Source: Blastocystis sp. Blastoise (Eukaryota; Protista; Bigyra: Opalinata). From it: a stretch of DNA of 64,000 nucleotides. Each line of letters opens with the position of its first letter. Within the stretch, counting starts at the first letter, position 1. A program made the translations under genes and the position numbers. This document shows positions 1-21,280 of this stretch, piece by piece. Under the pieces are notes generated by a model. The model was given only the letters and a program-made list of their open reading frames with translations, was not told the DNA's origin and did not search any database. The stretch lies in NCBI GenBank assembly GCA_039096225.1, contig JBBPEB010000004.1:744001-808000 (forward strand). The letters run 5' to 3'.

Positions 1-2259
1 ATTAATAATAATAATATATATATATAGACCCAAGTATTGTTATGAAAGAACTGATTTCTCGGTATACATCACTAAATAACAATTTCCAAGGAAATAAATA
101 CTTTTCAAATAATATATATCAAACTATTGTTTTACTCATGTTACACCAACCTGTATATATATATTTTTAATACATGATAATTATTTATTTTATATATTTT
201 CTATAACTTTATAAATAGGACTTAGTAACAACTGTCACTTGTATTTATTCATATATGAAAGATTTGTATATATATATATATTTAATAAAAATTTATATTA
301 AATAAATATATATTATATATAAATTTATATATAATATATTTAATATAAATTTATATATAATATATTTAATATATAATCTAACATAGAACACCTACTGATT
401 CACTATATACCCTTTTTGATCGAATTATAAAGCGATATATACAAATAGAAACAAATACATCTGTATAATTTTATTCATAAATGATTCCCATAAATATTTG
501 TGATTTCTATATATATAGAAATATATTCCTCTCTCTGAATATCTATACACAAACTTTACTAATAATTGTCAAAACCCAAATTCATTACATTTATTATCTC
601 TCTGTATTTTGACTATAATCTTATATATTATAAATTATATATATAGTTTTTGACGCTATTCATTTATATCTCTTTCCAAAGATCTATCCTTCTCTTCTTT
701 CTATATATATATCTTTCTATTCATTATCAGGAAAAAACAAGACTATTAATATAAATGAATATAGAAATCAAACACAACATTATATCCCTCTTCTAATTCT
801 TCAATTATATACATATTCACAATTAAATGAAGATTTTTCTTCTTCTTTAACACAAAATGATAATATTTTAAAGAATACAAGAGAAATAAATCAATTATAC
901 TTTAATCGTATATTTCAATCTATTCAACATTTTTCTTCTACATACTTCATGTCTACTTCATCCAGTTTATGTCTATCAGAAGCAGAAATTGAATTTTCTA
1001 CAATTCTTAATCAACTCTTTGTCAATAATGATATTCATATATATACTTTTATTTGTTTACTTCTTCTACAGTTACTAGATCAAAATAATTCTTCACAAGT
1101 AAATATATTTATTTATCAATGTAATTTTATGAATAGAATTATAATTTATAATATTTATTTTCTTATTATTTTTATTATTATATGAATCTAAATAAAAGTT
1201 ATACTTATTATTCTTCATATATAGTTTCAAAAATTGTATTGTTCTACTATATCTACATTTCCTTCTCTTTATGTCTATCCTATTTTCTATGGTATATCAT
1301 TATTTATCTTGTTTGCTTCAACTTCAGAATATTCAGAAGATATTATTCAATTTATTCTTCATCATCTATATTCATATTGTATTCAGTATATACAACAATA
1401 TTCTGAATTATCTGAAAATGATACTAATATTCTTCAGTCTCTTTCTTATACTACTAATTATTCTCTTTCTTCTTCTTTACAAACTCCTGTTGTACAACAT
1501 AAGATTCCTATACAAACAACAGTATTCTCATTTTTAAGATACTTCTTTTATTGTATACAGAATTGTATTATACAAAACACAAAAGAATTATATCATTATT
1601 ATAATATATCATGCTTTTATTCCATATATATGATACTCATATTATTAGTTTCAAAAGAAAACTGGGAAAAAGATTCTATTATACCTGAATTATATAATAA
1701 TAATAAGAATAATATAGTTAATAGTAATATAGTTCATAATAATATAGTTAATAATAATAATAATAATATAGTTAATAATAAGTCTTATAATATAGATACA
1801 AGTCTTCAGGATAAATATATAGGAAATAATTCTATTTCAATAAATAATAAGAATAAAAATGAACAAATGAATACTAAAGAATCTATTTTAATACAAGAAA
1901 TAAATAATAAGCAGTCTATATCTATAACTACAAATAATACGAATTCTCTATGGGGATTATCCCATGAATGCCAAGAACATATACTTATAAGTCTACAACA
2001 TATTCTTTCTTATTTATTATTTATTGAAATCAATCAAAATAATGAAGATATATATATCCCAAAACCTGAAAAGCCTTTAATTGAAGTTATTGATGACGAT
2101 ACGAAGAATCATATTAATATTATTAATACTTATATACTATTATTTCATTCATTAATTATTCACAATGACATTCATTCTATATCATTGTTTAATAACGATA
2201 TACAATCATTATTTCATATATGTATTTATTTATTATATTCTTATTTATATTCTATTCTA

Positions 2260-2298
<39 letters not shown>

Positions 2299-2852
2299 CA
2301 ATCACTTCATCATTATCGATATGTTATTTACCTGTATTATCATTACTTATTCCTTCTCTTACAAAGAATCAAACATTATATATTATGAATCTATTTGATT
2401 CTTATTTAATTAATCAATTAGTTTATAAAGAAATGAAGAACCAAATACTATTTCATTGTCTTAAAATAATTTTATTAGGACTAACTCAATCTCAATATGT
2501 ATCTGATTCCATCACACATAATGTATTACAATCTTTACTCTATCGAATGATAGACCAATCACTTCAAGTATATATAAATATATATATATATATTTGTTTC
2601 AAAGAATTATTTATTATATTTCTCTCTTTCATAGATACGTGAAGTAGCTTTTGGCGTGATATCCAGTATTCTCATATGCAAACCAGAACTCTATAAAGAA
2701 TTCACTACACAAGAAATCCTTCTATTTAAAAAGTATATATAAATAATTGTATGTATTTTATTATATATAGACAAATGTCACTGTTATTAAATGAATCGAA
2801 AAGCAAACAAATAAATACATTAGCAATTACATTTCTTTCTACTTTTCCATAA
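1..2852 (+). CDS. 3' part of a multi-exon gene, helical (HEAT/ARM-like) protein of unknown function; 5' end outside the window
   Basis: Exons separated by gtatat...tatag introns; ORFs 949-1185, 1234-2262 and 2220-2642; last exon from 2771 reads ...QMSLLLNESKSKQINTLAITFLSTFP with TAA at 2850-2852. The C-terminal 'LLYRMIDQSLQ/IREVAFGVISSIL' looks HEAT-like. Confidence 0.6.
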
Positions 2853-3089
2853 ATAAATTCATTATATATGAACGGTTTTTATTCATATTTTGTTATTTAA
2901 ATTATAAAAACAAAACATATTTTTAAAAATAATGATAATATATTAAACAATAAATTAAAATGAATGATAAGGTCTCAGTGCCAATTTCAAATCAGATTTG
3001 GCTCATACGGCACTTCCTATAATGTGTTGGCTTATGTGTCATCATAAACGATATCATTCATATATACATAAAAAATAAATATTTATATT

Positions 3090-3102
3090 CACTATCAGCG
3101 AT
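3090..3102 (+). repeat. CACTA left TIR
   Basis: CACTATCAGCGAT preceded by ATT. Confidence 0.92.
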
Positions 3103-4208
3103 TTCCATGAATAAAAATGGCCTTCTTTGTCACGTTTTGCTTTTTGGATTTAAGATTTTTTCAGAACAATTAAACAAGGAAAAAAAATACCCTCCACAGA
3201 ATAAACAACAAAAAGCATAAAAAAACCCAATGAAGATTTTTAGTATATACACGATGATTATTTTTGGTCGCTCTTTGAATAATTAATTTAAAAACTATTT
3301 AATGATTTAAATTTATCTTTGTTATTTTCATAAACTACTCTATACGCAACTATGGCTTTAACCATTATAACAAAAATTAGAAAACAAAACGAGTAAATTG
3401 TAAATAAATTCTAATTGTGAAATAACATTAAAACATTTTTTTAAATCTATCTACTGGTGGTAATTACTTCTGTCTATAAATACTCTATATAAAAAAAATA
3501 AGTTAGAATTATTCAAATCAATAAATAGTTATACATACCTAATTCACATCGTTAAAGATAGCTGTCATTTCAATGCACGTTACAATTTATATGAAGCAAC
3601 TAAAGAAAGGGATATTGATAGTTAATTAAATAATAGTAACAAAGAATTATAGAAATACGAAACAAAATACTTGCTACCCTTGAATAATCAAACACCTGAC
3701 ATTCTATATAAAAAGATGTTATGATATTTTACAACATTATATACATTAACAAGATAATTGATTCGAAAATTGATAGACACCTAGACACAATAATACTTTA
3801 ATACTGTTTAAAAGTAAAATACATTTTCAAAGAGTATAGTTATTGAATATGTTCATTGATATTTTTGTTGTGAGATAAACAAAGCAATAAAATAAAATAT
3901 GAATGTATGGTGTAAAACAAAAAATAAAGTCAGCATAAAAATATATTCTATTAAAAATACTTAGCCAATCATTTTAATATAAATCAAAAGAATTATAGTG
4001 TAGAACAGGGGTCACCACGTAGTTACTCGTTAAGCGAAAGGACCAAAATTTTTGCGCTTAAATAACAAAGTTACTTTTTTATTACCGTGATTTTCATAGT
4101 TATTTTAAGTGATGAAAACACGGGAAAAACAAAAATATAAGGGAAAATGTTTTGCTAAACCAAAAAGAACATTCTATATTAGATAAACTTTTTTTATTGT
4201 TTAAATAC

Positions 4209-6943
4209 ATGGAACAGTACTTTAAAAAATTACAAGTATATTAATAGTAATATATATATATATATATAGATTGACAAGTCTACAACAGACGAAAAAAAAA
4301 AAGATGATGACATAATTACAGAAGAAACGAATAATAAACCAGATATTAATCCTAAATCCAAATATTATAGTGAAGTAAAAGAAGGAGTTAAAAGATATAA
4401 TGCCAATCCAGTTGTTTATGGATTTAAAAAATTAACAAAAAACTCCTATTTTTGTTTAATCTGTGAGTCTACTCTCACGTGTAAAGGTTATGAAGCCTCA
4501 AAACTCTTCACTCATTTCAAGAATAAACATGGGTTAAGCAAATATACATATGATGACATTCAAGAACTCTTAAAAGATCATAATGAAAACACAGAATACT
4601 CAAATTCTCTCTTTAGCTTTTCAGATTTATCCAGTAAGCTTTCATATTTCATCGCCTACTCCATTTCAAAGAATGGATACAGCTACAGAACTGGAGAAAA
4701 ATTAGTTAAACCTATTATTGAAGAATATGAAAGGTTAAAGAATGTCAAAGTCCTTTCTAATCTTCCGTTATCCTCAAGCAGTATCAAAAGAAAAAGTGAT
4801 GAAATTGCTTTGACAATTCAACAAGAAGTAATAAATAGGATAAGACAATCAGGATCATTTTCTATTCAGCTTGACGAGTCAACTGACATAGAAATGAAAT
4901 CCTATTTACTCGTTTATGCTAGATACGAATATAATAAAAAGTTTACTGAATCATTTTTAAGTATTTTTCAGATTAGTTCCAAAACAGGTGATAATATATT
5001 TAACATGGTAGATAATTTCTTTAATAATAATAACCTTCTGTGGAATAATTGCGTATCAGCTACTTTTGACGGTGCTTCGAATATGAATGGAGACAAAAAC
5101 TCCTTCAAAACACGAGTACTAGAGAAGAATAAGAATTGTATGTTCATCCACTGTTTTCTTCATAGAGAAGAACTCTGTGTAAACTGTTTACCAAAATACT
5201 TCACTAATATATTCAAAAGTGCTGTTGAGATAATTTCATATATAAAGAAGTCTGCTGTTAGACAAGACGAATCCAATAATTACAATATTGATAATGAATA
5301 TTCATTAACCTCTTCTATCTTCTCTCCTCAAGATAACATACCTGATTCCCCTAATAATATATCTTCTTTAGAGATAGAATATAATAAAGTAGTTGAATCC
5401 CTTTTAGATACATCTGATACAGATAATAATATAGATAATAATATTCATGAAGTTTATAGTAATGATAAGAAGGAAGAAAAAAAGGAAAAAAATATTAGAA
5501 GTTATAAACTTCTCCTTTATTGCCCTACAAGATGGCTTTCATGCCATTCATCAATTAAAAGATTTAATTTACTTAGAAATGGAATAACACTAGTAATAAA
5601 AAAGGATAAAGAAAAGAAGGACTTATATAACACCATTATTGATACTAACTTCATAGCTTCAATGTTATACCTTGAGGATGTTACCAGTTTATTCTATGAT
5701 TGTAATAAATCAATGCAAGGACAGCATAGATATATATTTGGGTTAATAGACATTATGAAGGATTTATTTATAAAATTATCGTTGAGATTAGAAAGACTAA
5801 TAAATAATAACGATTATTCATCATTTACGAAACTTAAGGATTATGTATCTACAACCAAGCTTGATATTAATTCAATCATATTTTATATCAAAAATCATCT
5901 AATAACTCTTCGACGTAATTTACTGAATTATTTCCCAGAAATACTAAATTATATTGGTAGTGATGAATCGTATCTTCAAGACCTTAATGAATATTTAATA
6001 GACCAAGAAAATACACATAATACATCAAATATATCTCATGAAGTGAATAGTAATGTTAATAACAATACATCAGTAGTATCAAACCAATTTAATATTCTTG
6101 GATCATTACAAGGTTGCGTATCTCCAAATGGAGTTGTAAATGGCTTAATAACCTATGTTGACATAGTTACTCAGCAATTAATAGAAACTCAAGTAACGAT
6201 TAGAATTGACTTTCCATATTTAGTATATGGATACACTTTAGGTAGTATTTCTGGTGTTCTTAATAATTTCCCTAATAGTAGTATTCAAGGACAATACAAT
6301 GGAATCATTAGTAATATAAATATAATTCAGGCTAATATCAATTGTATAATAACTCTTGGGGCAATCATTCCAAATGAAATAAGTAATAATACAAATCAAG
6401 GAGAAGTACAAAAGAATAAAAAGCAGAAGAAAACGAATAGTAACATAAAAAAACCAAAAAATACACCAACAACTAATCTTATTGATCATTCTTTATATTG
6501 GATTACTAATCCATTTTCAAAAGTAGCTGACGAAAATAAAATGGAGTTTCATGTTAAAGAAGAGTATTTCTGTTTACTTGCTGATAAAACATGTAGAGAA
6601 GAATTTAATAACGTACCAATAGATGAGTTCTATATAAGCCATAAGAGTCGTTTTCCATTATTATATGATATAGCCAAGAAATGTTTTCTTCCCTTTGCAA
6701 CTTCATATCTCTGTGAGAGCGGTTTCAGTCATCTCGTGTATATAAAAAACAAATACAGAAACACTATTAATCCAACAACCCAAATGACAATTGGATTAAC
6801 TTCTGATATCATTGATTCTTCATCACTTATAACTACTGTTTTAGAGCGTATGTATATTATAAGTATTATATTCATAATTCACATAATATAGAATCTATTC
6901 TTAATTATATATAGATAAATTAAAGAAAAAGAAACTCGATTGA
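4209..6943 (+). CDS. hAT (Buster/Charlie, ZBED5/SCAND3-like) transposase with N-terminal BED zinc finger
   Basis: ATG 4209, 34-nt intron 4236-4269, exon 2 in frame with ORF 4810-6891. BED finger CLICESTLTCKGYEASKLFTHFKNKH; catalytic motifs LDESTD, TFDGASNM, HCFLHREEL, PTRWLS, SYLCESGFS. Probable last intron ~6848-6914 and TGA at 6941-6943. Confidence 0.93.
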
Positions 6944-9900
6944 TAACATCTAGCAACAAAATCACTAATCTAATCCAACTACTTAATTACTGTATTTATA
7001 CTACAAAGTACATTGATTTCTTTTACTATTAATATTTATATATTTATATTGTTTTCATTATATTAACTATTTGTATTCCATAATGTTTTATTGTTACATT
7101 ATAATTTGTATTGTTTTAATTAACTCAAGAAGATATACTGTTATCTTTTAAATATAATTATAAATAGATGACATTGAATATTCCTTTATATATTTGATTA
7201 TATCAATAGTATATAGTTTCTTAATTAGAATCACTATTCCTTAATAATTTTTATCTATATTTCAATTATTTTTCTAATTATATTCTTTTTCAAGTACTAT
7301 TATATTCAGATCAAACGAATAACTGAGAAATATTATTACTTATATGAAAAATAAATATTATTTTAGAAGTAATTATTTCATATATACTAATCTCTCTAGT
7401 ATAATACTTTAAAACAATATCCAATACTAATAAGAATCTTTATTCAATCAAAAGTATAATATACAACTATAAAGTATACTCTTCTTAAATCAAATAGTAT
7501 ATCTAATCAAGAAGATTAAATATATAAATAAATAGCAAAATATATTTTCAATCATAATGTATCAATAGAAAGAACCAAATAACTACTAAAATCATTTACC
7601 TGACTTATCAATCAAATATCACAAAGAGAGTGATAACAATTGGTTCCTAAAGAATATACTATTTTCCAAAACATATATATAAAGTGGAATCTTAAATCGT
7701 TTACACCAACAATTTTATATTTATACATGAATTCAAAAGGAAAGAGCAAGATGTGTTATATCTATATTAAGTATCATATGAGGGATTATATATATCCGAA
7801 AGAGTATTAGAATATATGATATAATAGAAAGTAATGTGGATTTTATATTATAATAGCATGAAATAAGTATTAGATTAAGATTCATGATATTATATAAAGG
7901 TTAGCATTTGAAAGATTATCAGAAGAAAAATTATTGGAAAGATTGACATAGACTTAATGAGAATATATTTATATATGTAGATCATAAAGAAGATAACTAA
8001 AAACTTGTAAATAAAATTTGAAGTTAAGAAGAAGGAAGAATGCATATATCAACTGAATTTATAATCGGCAGTGATAAATGAGTAGAAGAGACGATAATAA
8101 TTATTTTTAGTATATTTTTAAAGACAATAACATGAAGAGAGAACAATATTCGTATAAAAATATATATAAATCTATAAATAGAAATACAATAAATAAACCA
8201 TAAGAAGTAATAAGAAGTTGATTTCTATATTATATCATCATGAGTAAAAGAACAAACGGAGTAAATTGTATATAATAGTTAGACATTGTATAAATAATAT
8301 GAAGTAACGGCTGATAACGGAAAAAGCAGGTGTAAATATATATAAGCATATTAATTATGTACATATGCACTTAAGAAGATATAATATCTAAAGTAATAGA
8401 AATGAAAATAAATTTAGAAAATAAACAATTCGAGAACTACCTCAACCGTATTCAACAAAATAGAAGAAATACAAATAGTATTATAGTATTCATATCAGCA
8501 TGAATGTAAGATGTATATAGATAATAAGTTAAAGGGAGTTGAAATGGTTTAAAGTAAATAGAGATAGTATTTTATTAAATAACAGTACGAAAGAAATATG
8601 GAGACATAGATCCTATTATATAATTATATCATTTTTGGAAAATGAGAGTAATTAGAAATGAGAAAGAATAGAAGGAATAGAAGGTGTAGATACTAGGCTT
8701 TTATAAAAAATTAAATAAGAAGAAGAGAATGTACACAATAATAATAAATAAGAGTAGCCATATAAATATGTTTAAGTAACAAAAAGAGCAAAACCTTAGA
8801 ATGAAGAGAAATAATAAAAATATCTTTTGTGGTATATAGATAATAGTAATACAACAATGAGAACAAATCCTAACTTTGATTACTAAAATCCATGATGAGT
8901 AGTGCCAAGAGAGAAATTGTTGGAAAGAAAAAGAAAGGAAACGAACGAGAAGAATTATAAAAAACGATAGTAAGAAATAGGACTAATAAAAATATTCAAA
9001 CCCATATTATTTAGACAAGAAATGGAAAATGCTTCTGAAATAATAACTGTGTAAATAGGAAATACAATAAACATGAGCATTAAAGAATATGAAGAGAGAT
9101 AATGATGAAGCAGTATTAAAATGAATAAGTCTAATAATGAGCACACAATATACACAATAGAAGCACTAGAAATAAAAGAAAAGTGGATAAAGAAATAGAG
9201 ATAATGAGGAAGTATAGGATTAAAAATAGGCACAAAAATAAGTAGACCATGGGATAATATATAGAACATGAGAAAACGAAGAAAACCATAAATGAAGGAT
9301 ATGAATATGTATATGAAGAGTATATTTGAATGAAATATGAAAATAAATTAATTGAGTATGTTTTCAATTATAGAAACAAATATAAAAATAAATCTGTTAG
9401 AATAATAAAACTAAGATATATAATAATATATAATAGTGAGGAATTTGTAATTATTAAAGGAAAAGAAAATCGTCATTAAATCTCATAGTATGTTTAATAG
9501 AGAAATATGAAACGACTATTAGAATAACATAAGAACATAAAGAATTCTATCATAGGAGAAAAAGGAATATCAACTAAGGATAATATAAAAGTAATATAAA
9601 AATAGCACATCTAGAAACTCTTTAATAAAGGGAAAAGAACATGCAGGTGAAGTATTACGAATGATCACATAATAATTGAAAAGCACCAGAAGAAATGAAG
9701 AGTCTAATAAATATAAAGATACCATACGAAGAAGATAGGAAGAGACTGAAAAACCAGAAAACTAATACAATTAATGTAATGCTATAATACCTTAAAAGAA
9801 CAAAAGATGAAATAAGATAAGGAAATAAGATAAGGTTTATAACTAAAAATTCAATATATAATAGTAGACTAACGATAACATGAAGAGAAGTTGAAGAATA

Positions 9901-11351
9901 ATTAACCAAGATGAAAATATATACAAAGAATAAAAAGAAATTCAAAAATTTTATACAGAAAACTACAACAAAGAAATATCATATAGATACTTTCCTGTAT
10001 AATAGCATATTAAAGAATTACACAATAAGATACTAAAACATTCAAAAACTTATAATAGTAAACTTGATAGAATAAGAGTACATGATAATATTGTAATATA
10101 GACAAAAGGATTTAAGGATGAAAAGAAATAAACATCAATTGTTACTAATCTGCTACTATCTTCAGTAGAAACTTATGTATGTTAGTAACCATAGTAAGTA
10201 TTAATCGCAGAGATGAAGTGTTTAAGTATTTATTAAATACTAGAATAAGAATAAGAAAATTCATAATAAGTAAATCTATAAGAAAATGTCATCGTTATAT
10301 ATAAATACCATTATAATACAGTATGAAAAAAGGAAGTATCAGAAAAATAAAAAACAAAAACAAAATAATTAGCACTTATAAAGTAGAACAAGCAATCAAA
10401 AGCACATTAGTCGAATAAAATCAAACATACAAACAACATAAATAAAGATCTCATTAATCGCAAAGTTACAAAAAGAAAAATGAGTATACTAATTCAAGAA
10501 GAGAAGTAAGGAAGTTTGGTGAGTAACCAAATCAGATGTAAATAATAAATGGAAGGCAACAAACTGTAAATATTCATAAAATTATACATTGCAAGTAATC
10601 ATTCCAAGAATAAGTAACTGATAAGTATCCATCACGTAGCACATTGTAAGATATGTGTATTGAACACTGATCATAACGAGCAAGTACGTAACAAAGCAAT
10701 CAACAAACAATGGGAAATCATCATGTAGTAGATATTGACTAGTATTTAAGAGGAGTTCACAATGCAACAAAAACCAATATGAATCTTAATGATAAACCAT
10801 TATTAGTTCAGAAAGCAGATAGAAAGCAAGTTTGAAAAAATATTATAGGCAATAATCTTATTCTGATTTGAATCTTTAACAAAAGAATGAAATTATCATT
10901 GAAATTTTTAAAGAATGACTGAAGTTTTAAAAATAATCAAATAGTCAGTCCTTTCCTGACTTTGGTGACACTTGCCACCAAATTTTGTGACACTTTTTCA
11001 GCCATGCTTAATTCTGCTGAATTTATCAAACACATAAGGAAGTTTTTTGTAACAAAATATGATACTCATGAGTTTTGTCATCAGACTGAATGAAAGGCTT
11101 TTCACCTTATTTGTATACATGGCCATAAATCATAATATTTTTGACAAAGTTAACCTAAATACAAAAAATGTCTTTATAAATGAGCAAATAAAGCTATCAT
11201 TTATTTGATATAAGCCATCAAACATATTCAAACTAAACGAAGCAATGAAATAATTACTTTAAGCATTAATATACAAAAGACAGAAGAAAAGAAACTATTC
11301 AACTTTTTAATCACATTTAGGTACTTCTTGATACCTATATTCAACCCAGTT

Positions 11352-17970
<6,619 letters not shown>

Positions 17971-18522
17971 TATCTATATATATAATTTGTTATCAAAAAT
18001 GAAATAATATTCCTTTTAAATATAAATAAGAAAATAACGATCACTATAATAAACTAATATACAAATAAATCAATGAAATAATAATGATAAAAAGCAATTA
18101 TAATATAATTAATATAAATACTAAATAAACCTTATAGATAACGCACAATAAATACTCTTGAAAAATACTGATCATCCTGCACTATAAAATAAAGATAAAT
18201 CAAATAAATATTACAAATGAAGAAACGAATTATATACAAAAAATATTTGTTGATCCATTTGAACCATCTGGAATGCTATAGATCCTGATTTCACAGTATA
18301 AAGAGTTGTTTAAAAGCTAAAAGCCTTGATACCTAAAGAAAGAAAGTAATTAAGTAAAGCAGATTATAAAAATTAAAATAAATACTCAAGGCGAATACTC
18401 TTGATAAACTAAGTTAATTAAATTAAACCAAAATAAATGATCGTATCAAGAGATAATCAAAATAAATATATAAAAGAACAAGTTTCATAAAAAGATGTTT
18501 TTCCAAGAAATAAAAATAAAAA

Positions 18523-18595
18523 TGCCTCTTGCGAGATTCGATCCAGCGACAATTACCATAATAGCTACAGCGCTGGTCAACTATACCAACCGATT
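18523..18595 (-). pseudogene. tRNA-like element 1 (degenerate; Pol III A/B boxes)
   Basis: Minus strand: TGGTATAGTTGA (A-box-like) ... GGATCGAATCTCG (B-box/T-loop-like), followed by a TTTTT run; ~73 nt; no convincing anticodon arm. Confidence 0.55.
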
Positions 18596-18888
18596 TCTCA
18601 ATTTTATTTTTTCATGTGTTCTATATAATAAGTTTAAAATTATTTGATATCTTCAAATATTATATTTATGCTCTTTTATTACATTTATAACATTCTAGAA
18701 ATACTTAGAATTGTTTTTAAACAATAATTACTATTTTTTGAAAAAAAAGTTTGTTGATATGTTGATTCTAAACTAAAAAGCAGATATCAATGATGTAAAT
18801 AATGTTTACAGATAATAAAAATGAAACAAAGTTGATTTTAAATAAAATCATTGTAAATAGCAGTCAAAAGAAAAAGTTTAAAAAAATA

Positions 18889-18960
18889 GTTCCTCGTAAG
18901 ATTCGATCCGTCCACTATGTAAAAATTTTATACGCACTGACCATTTGACCAAACAACTCC
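18889..18960 (-). pseudogene. tRNA-like element 2 (degenerate)
   Basis: Minus strand: TGGTCAAATGG (A-box) ... GGATCGAATCTTA (B-box), followed by a T-run; same layout as copy 1. Confidence 0.55.
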
Positions 18961-20288
18961 CTTATAATATTTTTCATCAAGTCATATAATAATTGCAAAG
19001 CTAGTGACTACTAACCGTTTTTTTATTTTTTTATTTTTAAACATAAAAACAATATATTTTATAATATAAATATTATAAATGTGTTGTGTGACTTATTCTA
19101 CATATAAAATACATTTTAAAACCATTTTATAAGGCTATTAAAAATCATTTTGTTGGACGTATTGTTTTTTCAAATCCAGCTTTTGTTCATTGTATTGTTT
19201 TTTGTTTGATTTTTGAAAAATAATATTTTAATATGCTTTTCGTTTATTTAATTTTTATTACTTGTCAGGATGTATCTGTACAGTCCCTACAAGACTACTT
19301 CATGATATTTTATAAAAATAAAAACTTTTTAATTACATTATTATTTTTTATAATATTTTTTAGTATTTATTGACATTATTTTTCATTATAAACATAAATA
19401 AAAGTCTTTAAAATAATATACAAAAGAATATCTTAAGCAATTGACTTTTGTCACAAAATAATTTTTATTTGTCACCCAAATTAACACAAATAGTCAAATA
19501 TAGGAATCATACTTGTTGTTATTTGATGACTTATGAACTTTTAAGTCATGTATCTGTCACAACATGTGTCACAAAAATCTTCTTAGATGACTTATTTCAA
19601 AACATTTATACATTATATATCAAAATAATATGTTTTAAGTTAAAAACTGTCATGTCATAGTATAATAGTCAATGAATGAATTACTTTTTTATGTCACCCG
19701 GTCTTTTTTTCATGAAAAGTGTGTAAATTAATGCGTCTTGATGAGCTGAGTTTGAAAATTTTTTGACCACTAATAATCAGTATTTAGCCAATTTAAAAGA
19801 ATTCAAAGTTTTGTAAAAATTTGAAGCATGTATTGCTATTATGATTCTACTACTACTATATTATTAAGATCTACACATAATCACGCTTTTTTCCTAATTG
19901 TTAAATACTTAAAGACAATCAATCATTATAACTACATGATTAACATTCTAAAAATGCTAAAAAATTCAATTTGCTCTCTAATTATAATATGTGTAAGGTT
20001 ATTATTTATTCAACAACAAATCAAATTACATCAACAAACACAAACCTCGTGTAAAATGTCAAAAACATCATTATTGAGCTTATCTCGATCCTCTAAAAAT
20101 TATTAAACGTTTTATTCTATGTAGATTTATAAAAATTAAAAGAAAAATGAAATAAAAGATTTAAGCGCAAAAACAACATCGAAAAGCGCACTTTGCGCTT
20201 AAAGCGCAGTTTTGGCACACCCTGGTGTAGAAGATAAATAGCCAATCATTATGAAATAGAATAAAGGAATAAAGAAAAATAGAATAAT

Positions 20289-21083
20289 TCAAAGATTTAT
20301 CCTGAGAATGGTAGAATCTCTTGGCATTTCTGCAAATTGTTTATTATTGTTTCATAATGTATATATGTATAAGAACTTGTATTTGGAAAAGGACTAATTG
20401 GAATCCATTTGCCAAACTAAAAATAAAGAATATTATATAAAAGAATGATAAAAGAAACGTATAAAAGCATACAATCTCAGAGGATCCTGAGTCATGTATT
20501 TCTATTTCTCTATCTAAATGAAACCCAAAGAATTGAGGAAACGAGCCTTTTCGACGACGATTAGTAATACATTCACGAACACAAACCATTATAATTTCAT
20601 CACTATAATTATCTTGTTTCTCATATGTATGCAAATAAAGACGAGCAAGACGACAAATATATATGTAGACCTCTGACTCATGATCTAAACATATATTATT
20701 CTTTTTTAATGTAAACATGGATTTTGCATTTTTTCGTATAGCTTCAGGTAAGCAAAAAGGAATTACCTTTATTATAGTCTATTGAATTAAACATTATATA
20801 TGTATACAATAAATACTTTTAATTTATTTGAATTCAACTTCTTGTTTCTAAATGGAATATCTCTTTTAATGGAAAGTCTTCTTATCATAGCCTCACATTC
20901 TATAAAAACATCTGAGCAACGAATAGTCTTTTCTAAATAATTATTACCAAAGAATTAAATTGAAATACCATTTGTCTCTTCACCTTTTAATTCGTTAAAA
21001 TAATGTTCGATAGCTTTATAGATATCTTCTTGAAGACTATCAATTTTATTTCTTTCTAATGAAGATAAAGTAGATGATTCCAT
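20289..21083 (-). CDS. CACTA accessory protein (ORF2), 4 exons, divergent from the transposase
   Basis: ATG 21083 (MESSTLSS...), three GT-AG introns join in frame through 'IIMVCVRECITNRRRK' to TGA 20289-20291. Lies within the CACTA termini, head-to-head with the transposase. Confidence 0.6.
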
Positions 21084-21280
21084 GAAAAAGAAAGTAAAAG
21101 AAAAAATATATATGAAAACCGTGATAATAATCAGTAAAATTCTACAGAAGAAATGAATTTTATTTTTTTTAATAAACATTTTTCATAGTATTTGTTATAA
21201 TGAATAATTATAGACATAAGATATCTAATAAGAAGAAATCAGGAATAAATAGTAAGATATAAAAATAAGAAATAACATTA

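Noticed and set aside
4209-6943. Domesticated ZBED-type host gene
   Set aside because: Flanked by termini and an 8-bp TSD, so it belongs to a transposon.
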